Of a DNA stretch of 64,000 nucleotides, positions 35,805 through 46,162 are shown piece after piece. The position numbers were made by a program, and so were the translations under genes. The notes beneath the pieces were generated by a model. The model was given only the letters and a program-made list of their open reading frames with translations, did no database searches and was not told the origin of the DNA. Numbering within the stretch: the first letter of the stretch is position 1; every line of letters starts with the position of its first letter. Origin of the DNA: a virus; IMG/VR virus record IMGVR_UViG_3300025831_000403. One strand, written 5' to 3'.

Positions 35805-36566
35805 TTAATTTGTCTTTATGTTCTGTTTTATGTTTAGTGTTTTTTTAGCATATTTATAGCATTGTGAAACATTGCCATCATTATAATTTTCTTTTGCTAA
35901 ATATGTAGTAATACCATCATAAGTTTTATCTTTAATTTCATATGCTAATTTGAGATATGTTTTATTTATTTTATTATCAAGAATAATGTGTGCAGACTCG
36001 TGCAAAACAATTAATTCAGTTATTATTTGGCTAGATTCATTAATATTTTCTGATTGAATACTATTAGGAACTGACTTTCTAAGTTCAGTTAAAAATTTAT
36101 CAAAAATTATTGGTGTTTTTTTAGGATTAAATTCTTTGGCATAATCTGTTGATAATTTTATTCTAGGAATATTCCCTAATAAAGAGTCTCTTTGACTAGA
36201 TTCAGCAGATATTTTATCTTGTTTATTTTTTCTGTGTTTTTCCTTTTCAGATAAAAATAACTCTTGTATTGTTTTGAAAAAGAATTTGTTGTCTTTTCTT
36301 AAATAATGCTCTAATTGTTCTGTTTTTGTTTCTCTAACTATTTCTATATCAAATTGTGGTGGTAAATTAGCATTTAAAAAAAATCTATGTTGGGATAGTG
36401 CTTCTCTTATTTGTTCTTCTAATCTAGTTAGTAATGTTTTATCACTGTTTAAATTAAATAAATATTTAACAAAATGATTTCTATTTTCATTAGATAATTC
36501 TTCTGTTTTTTTAAGTTGTATTTTTTTCTTTTTATTAAAGTCTAACTAAAAATTTAATTTGTACAT
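35805..36566 (-). pseudogene. HExxH metallopeptidase-like protein with an early in-frame TAG
   Basis: ATG 36566, TAG at 36546-36548, then an open frame through LHESAH to 35805. Confidence 0.55.
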
Positions 36567-36781
36567 CACTCAAGCTGAACTCCATCTATAAATGTATTAT
36601 CTTCTCTGAAAAAATAATACACTAGCTTTTTATTTTTTACTTCATTTATGATTTTATCAGATAAATTTCCAAAAACAACATAATAATCATTGATGGACAA
36701 CCATAATTCATCTTTTGAAAAATAAACATCATCTATATCCAAGTCATCCAATTGTTTTAAATCTTTTTCAGTAAAATACAT
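36566..36781 (-). CDS. Hypothetical protein (frame stays open upstream to about 36930)
   Basis: Track ORF; upstream TTGACA-N17-TATAAT. Confidence 0.5.
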   Translation of the reverse strand: MYFTEKDLKQLDDLDIDDVYFSKDELWLSINDYYVVFGNLSDKIINEVKNKKLVYYFFREDNTFIDGVQLE

Positions 36782-37001
36782 AGATAATGCATAAAATTTA
36801 TCTTCTTTGTTATACCCAATAACATAGGCTGGATTAATAATTGGTTTAGTAGGCAGCCCATTATCAAACTTAAAGTTAAATGTGGTTGTTTTTCCATTTT
36901 CCCCAGTGATTTCAAATTTAGAAATAATTATTCCCTAATATAATAAAATTACTTGAATTATATTGGAGCTTACTATATTTGTCAAAACCCAAATTAATTC
37001 C

Positions 37002-38612
37002 TTATGGCTTAGGTTTTTTAACCAATTCATTTTTAAATTCAGATTTAACTTCATCAAGAACTTTGCCTAAAAGGTTAAGTCCAGGCCAATTTTCTGGTGG
37101 TGTTCTTTTGGCATCATATTCTGTTAGCCCACAAGACCAAATAGGGTCAAAACGTGATGCTTCAACCATATAAGTATCACCAGTATTAACAAGGATTTGT
37201 TTCAAATCTAAATTTTGAGTAAATTTTAATCTAGCACCAAACAATACGATCTTACTTCTTCTTTTATTCCATATTTCTTCATTGTAGTTTTGCACACCAC
37301 GCCCAAGCTTTTTAGCCTTCATCATGAGATTTTGCCATTGTGAGGATAAGTCTCTATCTTTCGTTATATCATATCTACTTAATTCACCGTTTATAAATTT
37401 TTGAGCTAAAGGTTCATTGTTGATTTCAATAATTTTTTGAGCAGTAGCTTCATCACCAAATATTTTAGCTTTTGAATACATCATAAACTGTTCATTAGAA
37501 ATGAAAGTTAAATCTTTGTATTCAAATCTAGCTGGATGAAAATTGCTGAATGGTGAGGTTAAGTGGAAGAAAAAGGTGTATTCTTTTGAAATTACTTCTT
37601 CTTTAATTTTTGGGAGTTCTTCTATGTTCATTATTAATTTATTATTGTTTTGTAATTTACTTCTAAAATCCATTAGAATTTCACCTAAGATATTCTTTCC
37701 AACCCAATTACCATTTTGATAAGCGGCACCCCAGAATAATCCAGAGTCTCTTGGCCAACTTGAACAATCCTCTATTATAACTGCCTTTCCAGTATCAATA
37801 AGTTGTTGTGTTAAATTTGGATACTGTTCTAATTTTAATTGAATACATAATTGCATATTTTTTACATCTTTTTCACCCATAACTTCATAACCAGTTTCTG
37901 CTAATAAATGTTTGTATTTCTTTGCTACCATTTTAGCTGACATTGGAGATTTTTCTGCAATTATTTCTTTTTGCACATTATCAAATTCAACAAAGCGTAA
38001 AGATTGAAATAAAGCTTCGGTTGTTTTATATGTTTGACATTCATAAACTATTGAATATGGAGCCATGTTTCCCATCCACCCAAATGGAAGAGAGACTTTT
38101 GTAAAAGCAATTTCATTTTTTGTTTGTAGAATATCTTCTTTATAATTTAATTTTCTATTACTATCAATTTCAACCAATTTATAATCAACACCTTCTAGGT
38201 TGTCTTTAATCATTTGAACAATTCTTTGTTCATCGCCACCAGCTAGCCCACATCCAATTAAAGGAATTCCGATTCTTTTATCTCCATATTTAGATTTAAT
38301 TAACTGTAATAAAGAAGGAAATGAATCATAATCAAAATGATCTTTGTCTGTTCCATAACGATATTGAGTATAGGCATTAATCACAGTGAAGGTATTACCA
38401 TTTCTTTCAATCGTAGCTTCAGAAAAAGTTCCTAGCTTATTTTTATCACCATAACCAGTTTTTTTATCAGATTCAAAAGCTTCAGGGAAATTTGTTTTAA
38501 TATGTCTAGCAATTCCTGCGCCCATCGTGTGCCAACAATTAGCCCCATGTATTATTACATCAAATTCACCATTTTTAACTTGCTCAATTAAATTACCATA
38601 ATGTAATTGCAT
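37002..38612 (-). CDS. Macrodomain-NADAR-NADAR fusion
   Basis: Macro: HGANCWHTMGAGIA, NAYTQ, PLIGCGLAGG; NADAR 1: TTEALFQ, FWGA, GKNILG; NADAR 2: SPFSNF, NEQFMMYSKA, KFTQN, IWSCG, GLNLLG. Confidence 0.9.
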   Translation of the reverse strand: MQLHYGNLIEQVKNGEFDVIIHGANCWHTMGAGIARHIKTNFPEAFESDKKTGYGDKNKLGTFSEATIERNGNTFTVINAYTQYRYGTDKDHFDYDSFPSLLQLIKSKYGDKRIGIPLIGCGLAGGDEQRIVQMIKDNLEGVDYKLVEIDSNRKLNYKEDILQTKNEIAFTKVSLPFGWMGNMAPYSIVYECQTYKTTEALFQSLRFVEFDNVQKEIIAEKSPMSAKMVAKKYKHLLAETGYEVMGEKDVKNMQLCIQLKLEQYPNLTQQLIDTGKAVIIEDCSSWPRDSGLFWGAAYQNGNWVGKNILGEILMDFRSKLQNNNKLIMNIEELPKIKEEVISKEYTFFFHLTSPFSNFHPARFEYKDLTFISNEQFMMYSKAKIFGDEATAQKIIEINNEPLAQKFINGELSRYDITKDRDLSSQWQNLMMKAKKLGRGVQNYNEEIWNKRRSKIVLFGARLKFTQNLDLKQILVNTGDTYMVEASRFDPIWSCGLTEYDAKRTPPENWPGLNLLGKVLDEVKSEFKNELVKKPKP

Positions 38613-38709
38613 AAAATTCCTTAAATAATATATTGTAGTTAATTAATGATTATAAATCAATTTGCATAGTCATTATTAATATTTTATAATAAAAAAATGA
38701 AACTAAAGA

Positions 38710-39366
38710 ATGAATAAAAATTTGAAATTTGAAAAAGTCATGTTAACAGACATGAGAAATCTAATTAAATAAGGGAAGCTAGAAAAATTAAAACCGTATT
38801 GGGTTGACTCTGAATTAACTAAAAATGAAATTTATTCTGATTTACAATACAATAGAAATGAAGCATTTTTGAGTTCTTGTTATTATGGTAAGTTACCATT
38901 TGTTAAATATTTATTAAGTTCACATGAGTTAGAAATACATGCAGACTTGCATTATAATGATGATAGTGCTTTATTTGGTGCAGTAGAAAATTTACAAACA
39001 AAAATTATAGAATATCTTATATCATCACAAGAACTTGAGAAACATATTAATTTAGATAAGAATATAAATGAAATTTTTGATAATTTAATTAAGGAAATGT
39101 ATATAGAAGATAAGAATTTACCTTCTGGAGATGCAAATGGAATTAGTATTAATAAAAAAATTATAGATATAATAGACTATTTAATTTATGATTTAAGTAT
39201 TTCTCCTACAGAACATATAGTTCAATTAATTAAAGAGAATACAAAGAATAATTATTCTGAGCCAGCTATTAAAAGGTTAAATTATAACTTACTTTATAAT
39301 ACCCTTATTGAAAATACTAAAATAACAACTAATGATAAGAAAGAAAATAAGAAAATAAAAATATAA
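38710..39366 (+). pseudogene. Ankyrin-like HAD(L/I)H-repeat family protein with an in-frame TAA at 38770
   Basis: ATG 38710 is in frame with track ORF 38869-39366; ends KKIKI. Confidence 0.6.
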
Positions 39367-39368
39367 TT

Positions 39369-39716
39369 TTAATATTTATTTATATTTGTCTTTAATAAAG
39401 GGTTAAAATGGATAATGATTACAAATCGTTCACTTTTAATTGGATTACTATCTGTAGTTATTAATTCATAATGAAAAGTTTCAGTAAGGATTAGACCAAC
39501 AATATTTATTTTAATTAATGAAAATGGAATATTATTCCATTTTTGGCTTAACCAAGATTGAGATTCTATAATTGCATCTTCTTTTGTCTTAAATAAGGAT
39601 ATAGCTAAATCACCATCATCTCAAGGTGTATTAGGACACAATCCATTTTCAATAATAGATTTAATGTTTTTAGTGGGGGTTACATGCCATGCAAATTTAT
39701 TCAATTGTTCCACCAT
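39369..39716 (-). pseudogene. Small ADP-ribosyltransferase-fold-like protein with an in-frame TGA at 39621-39623
   Basis: Not in track; WHVTPTKNIKSIIENGLCP resembles the HxT...NLxSIxxxGL start of ART-fold proteins. Confidence 0.45.
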
Positions 39717-39809
39717 CTTGTCCAAGAATTTCGCAAATTATATCATTAAAATGCTTGTAATACAAAATGGGTTAGGCATATTTGTGAAAATAAATATAAT
39801 CAAAAATTA

Positions 39810-39900
39810 TGGCGGAAGCTGTGGGACTTGAACCCACAAACCCATTTCTGAATCAAACAGTTTTCGAGGCTGTGCTGCTCACCGATACAGTAGAGCTTCC
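39810..39900 (-). tRNA. tRNA-Ser(CGA)
   Basis: GGAAGCT/AGCTTCC acceptor, loop CTCGAAA, long variable arm, TTCAAGT, GCCA end. Confidence 0.88.
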
Positions 39901-39953
39901 TAATTGCTTATCTTAATAGTATTAATAACAGTCAATATTTAATAACTATAATT

Positions 39954-40044
39954 TGGCGGAAGTGGGGAGAGTCGAACTCCCAAGGCGCTATTAACACTCG
40001 ACTGCTTTCAAAACAGCTACCATCACCAATTGGTTTGCACTTCC
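39954..40044 (-). tRNA. tRNA-Ser(TGA)
   Basis: GGAAGTG/CACTTCC, loop TTTGAAA, long variable arm, GCCA end. Confidence 0.9.
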
Positions 40045-40063
40045 TAATTCATAACATAACAAA

Positions 40064-40160
<97 letters not shown>

Positions 40161-40169
40161 ATAAAAACT

Positions 40170-40257
40170 TGGCGGAAAGTGTGGGATTCGAACCCACCGA
40201 CCCATTTCTGAATCATAGATTAGCAGTCTATTAGCTTTGCCACATGCTTCACTTTCC
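40170..40257 (-). tRNA. tRNA-Ser(GCT)
   Basis: GGAAAGT/ACTTTCC, ATAGA-CTGCTAA-TCTAT, GCCA end. Confidence 0.9.
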
Positions 40258-40277
40258 TAATAACTTAACAATACTCT

Positions 40278-40367
40278 TGGCGGAAAATGTGAGATTCGAA
40301 CTCACGGAACCTTTAACAGTTCGGCAGTTTTCAAGACTGCTGGCATAAACCACTCGCCCAATTTTCC
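40278..40367 (-). tRNA. tRNA-Ser(TGA)
   Basis: GGAAAAT/ATTTTCC, GCAGT-CTTGAAA-ACTGC, GCCA end. Confidence 0.94.
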
Positions 40368-40395
40368 TTAAAATAAAACCCTTTCAATACTGACT

Positions 40396-40486
40396 TGGAG
40401 GAATCGGTGAGATTCGAACTCACGGACCTTTTTACAGACCTACACCTTTCCAAGATGTTACAATAAACCAACTCTGCCACGATTCC
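40396..40486 (-). tRNA. tRNA-Ser(GGA)
   Basis: GGAATCG/CGATTCC, ACATC-TTGGAAA-GGTGT, long variable arm, TCCA end. Confidence 0.9.
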
Positions 40487-40500
40487 AAAACTTAAATTGT

Positions 40501-40607
40501 AAAGTGCAACAGGATTCGAACCTGTGAGTCCTTTCGCATATATTACAGAATATGTAGCTATTAGAACTTTATACTGTGTCACCCTTAAATCTCTCAGGCA
40601 TACACTT
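40501..40607 (-). tRNA. Atypical tRNA-like gene, expanded anticodon region, anticodon undetermined
   Basis: AAGTGTA/TGCACTT acceptor, CCTGAG...AAGGG D arm, ACAGG-TTCGAAT-CCTGT T arm; about 20 extra nt centrally; no encoded CCA. Confidence 0.65.
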
Positions 40608-40632
40608 AACAATTTAACCTCATAATCACAAT

Positions 40633-40668
40633 AAAAAAAGCACTCTGTTTTTACCTGAGTGCTTTTTG
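40633..40668 (-). terminator. Intrinsic terminator (attenuator) between leader peptide and tRNA array
   Basis: CAAAAAGCACTC-AGGTAAAAACA-GAGTGCTTTTTTT. Confidence 0.9.
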
Positions 40669-40691
40669 AATTCTTTAATTAACTTAAATTT

Positions 40692-40763
40692 TCAGCAATA
40701 AGCACCCCTGTTCATTGAAGAACTTGATGAGCTACTAGAACTGGAAACTTTTACGAAAAACAT
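40692..40763 (-). CDS. Serine-rich attenuator leader peptide MFFVKVSSSSSSSSSSMNRGAYC
   Basis: AAGGT RBS, ATG, ten consecutive mixed Ser codons TCC AGT TCT AGT AGC TCA TCA AGT TCT TCA, TGA stop 24 nt before the terminator. Confidence 0.88.
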   Translation of the reverse strand: MFFVKVSSSSSSSSSSMNRGAYC

Positions 40764-40800
40764 TTTTATTAACCTTTTGTATTTAATTTAATATGATTGA

Positions 40801-40829
40801 ATTATGACACATTAAAAACTTTTTGTCAA
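40801..40829 (-). promoter_or_regulatory. sigma70 promoter of the leader/tRNA-Ser operon
   Basis: TTGACA-N17-CATAAT on minus strand. Confidence 0.8.
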
Positions 40830-40854
40830 CACTTTTTTAAATATATTTTAACAA

Positions 40855-41178
40855 TTAAATTCTATCTTCTTCAGCAAACCCTTCGGCAACCATATAACTA
40901 ACATATTCAGAAACATTAGTAATTACATAATCACCCTTATCTGTAGTAATGCCATGAGGGGAAGGTTCATAAAGAAAATAAGAAACATCTTCAGCCCAAG
41001 TGTCAAAAATAAAATCTAATAAAACATCAACTTGAATGGACTTAGAATTGGTATATCCATTATCCATAAATGCTCCACTAATTTCATTTGGCAAACTATC
41101 AATCCATGTCTCTTGTTCTTTTCCTAACTCCAAAATTCTAGTTAGAAGTGTTTGAATTTTACTTGCTTTCATTTTCAT
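40855..41178 (-). CDS. Hypothetical protein
   Basis: 107-aa ORF with GGAG RBS. Confidence 0.65.
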   Translation of the reverse strand: MKMKASKIQTLLTRILELGKEQETWIDSLPNEISGAFMDNGYTNSKSIQVDVLLDFIFDTWAEDVSYFLYEPSPHGITTDKGDYVITNVSEYVSYMVAEGFAEEDRI

Positions 41179-41266
41179 ATTTGTTCTCCATAGTTGATTA
41201 AGTTATTTTAACACAAAATACAACTATAGTGTTAATTAATTTCAATTTACAGAAAATATGAGTGGA

Positions 41267-42213
41267 TTATATTTTAACTTTTTTTGTTGTATTGTTGTTA
41301 ATGTTTAGTTCTAAATTAAGTAAAATAAAATTAGAAATTTTTTCTCTATTATCCTTCATTTGTTTATGAGCATCAAAAATTGATGAAGAATTATTTATGG
41401 CTTGCATTTGAATTATTTCAGAAACATAAACCTGTAAATATTCAGTAAAGATTTGTTTTACTTAAAACCATCTTTTGTATTTATTATGAGTAAAAAGTCT
41501 GCATGTGATGTTAATCTATTTTCTACATAAATATTGTCAAACCATAAGGTTTTCTTTTGGGTTTTTAAAAAAGAAGCTGTATCTTTAATTATTTTCTCAT
41601 AATGGTTAATAGTACCAACTGTATTATTAATAGAAAAATAATACTTTTCCATTAAAAAATCAATATTTAAATTAAGATATTCAAATTGATTTTCTTTTTC
41701 TTCAAAAAGAGAAGATGATTTTATTTCTTTATTGTTTTGAGAAAGAACTTGTAAAAATTGAGACATTTCAGTTTTGTTTGCATTTTTAAGAAAATAATCA
41801 TTTAGAAAATTAATATGATTGTTTTTAATCTTCTCTATATGATTTTTTGTAAAACAAAGTAAATTATCTATTGGATTATTAGTTTTTATTATTGAAGTTA
41901 AAATATCATTTAAATCACTATTTGAAAAACTACCAATATACTTTTTAGAAATAATAGAAATGTTAACATCACCATACATAAAGAGTGATTTTAGCTCATA
42001 CCAAGAACAATATGGTTTAGTTCTTTCATCGAAAGAAATTTTTTTAATTTGCTCCAAAGGCAAAAGGTTTTTATCTAATAAGTTAGAGAGTAGTTTAATT
42101 AAAATATTATTATTTGTTTCAATACATCTTCTGTTTTTGTGTTCTACTACATTAGAAAAAAAATCAAAATTCATTAAATAAAAATTCACTAATTTATAGT
42201 TTATTTTATTCAA
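41267..42213 (-). pseudogene. Hypothetical protein, frameshifted near 41460 and 41280
   Basis: Track ORF 41458-42213 continues in another frame to ...LNLELNINNNTTKK(VKI). Confidence 0.5.
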
Positions 42214-42507
42214 TATTTGAGTTATATTTGGACTCTTTAACTAATTGGTAATTAAATAAAAATCCATCTTCATTAAAAACTAAAAGAAGGTTATCTTCTT
42301 TTAGAATATGTTTTAATTCATTTTTTACAATTGAGTTTTTCATGGGTGATTTGATTTTTTATTTTTAACTTCAAGACAGTCAAAGGCTACTTTAGATATT
42401 CTTTTTTCTTCAAGTTCATCTATTTTAATTTGTTCCTTTGTATCATCTTTTGCAAATCTAGCCAACATTTCTTCAATATCTTTTTTGCTTCTTATCTTTT
42501 TTTCTTC

Positions 42508-43476
42508 TTAAGACAATGGTTTCATATTTTTTAATTGCTTAACCTTAGAAAGAATATGTTTTTCAAGACTATCTTGGTCATGGTATTCTTTTTCAATACC
42601 TACATAATATTTTTTCAATTTTTCTTCATTTGTTATAAAAATAGCTTGTAATATTTTATTTTTAGCAATTGAAGGTATGTTCTCAATATATATCATTTGT
42701 TTAAAGTTTTCAGGTTTAAACAATTCTTTTTTTAGTTCTTGCATTTCATTTATTATGTTTACAGTATTATTATGACTAGATACAAAAAGACCATGAGAAA
42801 AGGCAGAGCTAGTAATTACTCTCAGTGGATTTCTTCTTTGACAAATATCATCATACATAACATTAGGTAAGGAAATTCTTTCATGGAATCCACCGGCACC
42901 AGCACTTGAAGAATTTACACCATTAAAAATTATTCGGTCATGCTTACTGTGTTCTTTTGCATATTCATCAAATCTATCAAAATCAGAATAATCTTTTTTA
43001 AGTTCATTCCATCCCTTAGGTTTAAATTTATTTGAATCTGGTATTAAAGTTAAAACTTCTTTTGAAACCCTATTGCAAATTTTAGAGTAGTCCCAATCTT
43101 TCATAATAATTTTTTTATAAGATGTTGAACCAGAAAATAAACTATATCCTATATTATGAATTGAGTCATAAGATATAATATATTTAAGATATAAATCTTT
43201 ATCTTCTTTTATATTACAGCTATCTGGGTTTTTCCTAGACATATCCCAATCCTGAAAAAAATCTGTGAAATCTAATTCATTAATCCAATATTGACCAGCT
43301 TGAATTCCTGCATGAAAACTGTATTCAATGATTTCTTTAATTTTTTCAAAAGAAATACCTTCCCATTTTTCAGCATTAAAATTATACAGTGCTTTGCACT
43401 CATTTTCTATATTAATTAATTCAGTATCTTTAATTTTTTTCATAAAATATCCACAAAGTATTGTATATGATAACAT
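42508..43476 (-). CDS. Hypothetical protein (frame continues past TAA at 42508)
   Basis: 322-aa ORF. Confidence 0.6.
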   Translation of the reverse strand: MLSYTILCGYFMKKIKDTELINIENECKALYNFNAEKWEGISFEKIKEIIEYSFHAGIQAGQYWINELDFTDFFQDWDMSRKNPDSCNIKEDKDLYLKYIISYDSIHNIGYSLFSGSTSYKKIIMKDWDYSKICNRVSKEVLTLIPDSNKFKPKGWNELKKDYSDFDRFDEYAKEHSKHDRIIFNGVNSSSAGAGGFHERISLPNVMYDDICQRRNPLRVITSSAFSHGLFVSSHNNTVNIINEMQELKKELFKPENFKQMIYIENIPSIAKNKILQAIFITNEEKLKKYYVGIEKEYHDQDSLEKHILSKVKQLKNMKPLS

Positions 43477-43607
43477 GTGAAAAGATAAAGTTATTTTATT
43501 TTATTATATTTACTTTCTAATTCGTGGTGTTATACTAAATGATATTACTAATGGAATGTAATGAAAATTAAATCTTTTATGCCATTGTATCTATTGGTAT
43601 ATCTTCA

Positions 43608-43916
43608 ATGATGTATCAAAATATACATCAACATAATGTAGAGTTAGAAAATCAGTCGATTGTAACTTGTCAACTTTTAGTAAAAAGTGCAAATAGAGAT
43701 ATTAATTCTCCTAGCTATCAAACTAAAGAGTCATTAAATACATTAAGTGGCCTAAATGCTGCAAATTCACAAGATTTAAAAAAAATGAATTTATCTTCTC
43801 TTTCTCCAGAAAAAGTAAATTGCAATATAGCTAAAGTTAGAAACTCTTTCATAAAAAATGTCAATAAAGTGAATAATGACTCAATGAAAGTAACTTATTC
43901 TAGTTCACCAGGTTAA
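43608..43916 (+). CDS. Hypothetical protein
   Basis: 102-aa ORF. Confidence 0.45.
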   Translation: MMYQNIHQHNVELENQSIVTCQLLVKSANRDINSPSYQTKESLNTLSGLNAANSQDLKKMNLSSLSPEKVNCNIAKVRNSFIKNVNKVNNDSMKVTYSSSPG

Positions 43917-43921
43917 TTTTA

Positions 43922-44650
43922 TTAATAAGAATTAATATCTCGAAGTGTAAACATATTTTCTACTTGTTTTTTTGGTTTTTTTTCTAAATAAAAAATAATA
44001 TCTTTTGTTTTTTCAATTTTTAAATCAAAAATTAAAAATCCAAGAAGGTTAAATAATCCTTTCTCACATGCTGATATAAAAACATTGTCTTCAAAAGCAT
44101 GTAAATCAGCATGTTGCTTTAAATCACTAGAAGTAAGTAAAAATTTAATAACTTTAAAATGACCATTTAAACATGCTAATAATAATCCGTAGTTATTAGA
44201 AGAATGAATGTCAGAATGAGTGCTTAATAATGGAGATGTAAGTAAGTATTTGATAATATTAAGATGACCAGAACCACATGCCATTTGAAAACATATGTCG
44301 TGATTTGAATGAATATTGGAATGCACATCTAATTCTAATGAAGAGCTTAAATATTCTACAATCTCAATATGTCCGTATTTGCATGCCATTTGAAAGCAAA
44401 AATCATTATTGGCATTAATATTTGATTTTTCAAATAAATCTATAGAGGTTAATAGATATTTTACAATATCCAAATGACCATGCTTACAAGCAGAAACTAG
44501 GCAACTATCTTCTTTGTGGTGAATATCAGCATGATATTTTAATAGTGGAGATGTTAATAAAAACTTAATTTGGTTAATATTTCCATTTTTTGAACTATTA
44601 ATAAGTTCCTCGTTAATTTCTTCTTTGGATAAATCGATGTAATTTTGCAT
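43922..44650 (-). CDS. Ankyrin-repeat protein, HADIH-type repeats
   Basis: Repeated (H)ADIH..ND..F..AC..GH..IVKYLLTS units. Confidence 0.85.
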   Translation of the reverse strand: MQNYIDLSKEEINEELINSSKNGNINQIKFLLTSPLLKYHADIHHKEDSCLVSACKHGHLDIVKYLLTSIDLFEKSNINANNDFCFQMACKYGHIEIVEYLSSSLELDVHSNIHSNHDICFQMACGSGHLNIIKYLLTSPLLSTHSDIHSSNNYGLLLACLNGHFKVIKFLLTSSDLKQHADLHAFEDNVFISACEKGLFNLLGFLIFDLKIEKTKDIIFYLEKKPKKQVENMFTLRDINSY

Positions 44651-44812
44651 GTTTCTTATTTAAGTTATATTGAATTATAAATATAAAATATAAAATATAA
44701 AAAGTAAAAAATAAAGACGATTTTTAAATAAATTTTATAATTAATAACAAAAAAAACTTGCATAAATCAAAACATCTTTTTATTATATACTAATAATTCA
44801 ATAAGGTTAATT

Positions 44813-45232
44813 ATGAAAAACTATATTAAAGTTCCATTTTCTGAAAAAGAAGATGCAAAGCAATTAGGCGCAAAATGGGATAAAGAGTTAAAGTCTTGGT
44901 ATGTTCCTGATGAAGCTGATGCTAGCAAGTTTAAAAAGTGGTCAAGTTTTGATCCTTCAACAATTGTTCAGTCTGATCCAAATGCAACAAGAATACACTT
45001 AAATGTTCCATTTGCAGATAAAGATGAAGTTAAGGCTGCTGGTGGTCGTTGGGATGGAGATAAAAAACAATGGTACTATATGTCAGATAAAGATGGTAGT
45101 GGCTTCTCTAAGTGGACAGGAGAACAATCACCAGCAAAATCTCCAAAATTATTCCAAAAACCTAAAGCACTTAGTAATGACGATACATTATCCGATGAAA
45201 TGGATGATATATTAAAACTTGGTGAAGATTAA
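44813..45232 (+). CDS. Tandem DUF5710-like domain protein
   Basis: Two copies of L.VPF.EK..(A/V)K..G..WD...K.WY. Confidence 0.85.
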   Translation: MKNYIKVPFSEKEDAKQLGAKWDKELKSWYVPDEADASKFKKWSSFDPSTIVQSDPNATRIHLNVPFADKDEVKAAGGRWDGDKKQWYYMSDKDGSGFSKWTGEQSPAKSPKLFQKPKALSNDDTLSDEMDDILKLGED

Positions 45233-45329
45233 TTTTTATAAAATAATACCACTTATCAAAAATTTGCACACTTCTTCTTATTGAAGTGGAACTTCTATTG
45301 ATTTAAATATTAGATATGGTACCTATTCA

Positions 45330-45770
45330 ATGAAAGAAATAGGATTATTTATGAAAAATACAATAGAAGATTCAGAAGTAATGGATTTAATAAAATTAAT
45401 TATTGTTGCAGGATTTATTTTTGTTATTGAAGCAATAGTTACTATCACTTTTATTGACTGGTCTAGTTTCTTAGACCAAACTATTAAGCTTGCTATAATT
45501 GGCCCATTAGGGGTAGCATTAGGAAGAATAATGTTTTGGTGTTCAACCTATAGTGTGAATACTCTGAAAAATAAATTATTTAATATCAAAAAAAATAATT
45601 TGAAAAAATTACATAACTACCATATTGAAGATTTGGAAAGATTCACAGAAGATGGTATTGATCTTAATGGCACTATGAAAAATGAGTTTTTTCATGAGAT
45701 AGACAGAGAAGTATGCATTCCTAAAAGATTAAATATTAGACCGAAACTTTTTAATAAAATAATAGTATAA
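45330..45770 (+). CDS. Hypothetical membrane protein
   Basis: Two TM helices. Confidence 0.55.
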   Translation: MKEIGLFMKNTIEDSEVMDLIKLIIVAGFIFVIEAIVTITFIDWSSFLDQTIKLAIIGPLGVALGRIMFWCSTYSVNTLKNKLFNIKKNNLKKLHNYHIEDLERFTEDGIDLNGTMKNEFFHEIDREVCIPKRLNIRPKLFNKIIV

Positions 45771-45771
45771 A

Positions 45772-45820
45772 TGTATCATGAAATCATCAATTAATAATTA
45801 ATTGATGATTTCATGATACA
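45772..45820. repeat. Perfect 22-bp inverted repeat with 5-nt spacer
   Basis: tgtatcatgaaatcatcaatta-ataat-taattgatgatttcatgataca. Confidence 0.95.
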
Positions 45821-46162
45821 ATAAACAAACTAAATATACATTATTAGCTCAATTTCCCTACGACCAGAATTCAATCTTGATTCTCTTCTTCTTTCACAAT
45901 TTCTTTTTCCATTTATTAAAAATGAAGATTTATCATTTTTGACTTTTTTATCATTTAAAATAAATGAGTTTATTTTTTCATTAGCGAAATTTTGTTTAAT
46001 CATTATATTCTACTTAAATTAATTGGTTTAATCTATTTCAAATACTCTGCTCCTTTCGTTTTTGAATAATGGTAAAAAAGGTAATATTTGTCAATAGTTG
46101 TATTTTAATGGTTAAATGTTAAAATTAACTTAGTATAGAATAATAAGAGGTTTGGATAAATA

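Noticed and set aside
40331-40612. Track ORF of 93 aa on the minus strand
   Set aside because: Overlaps three tRNA genes; spurious
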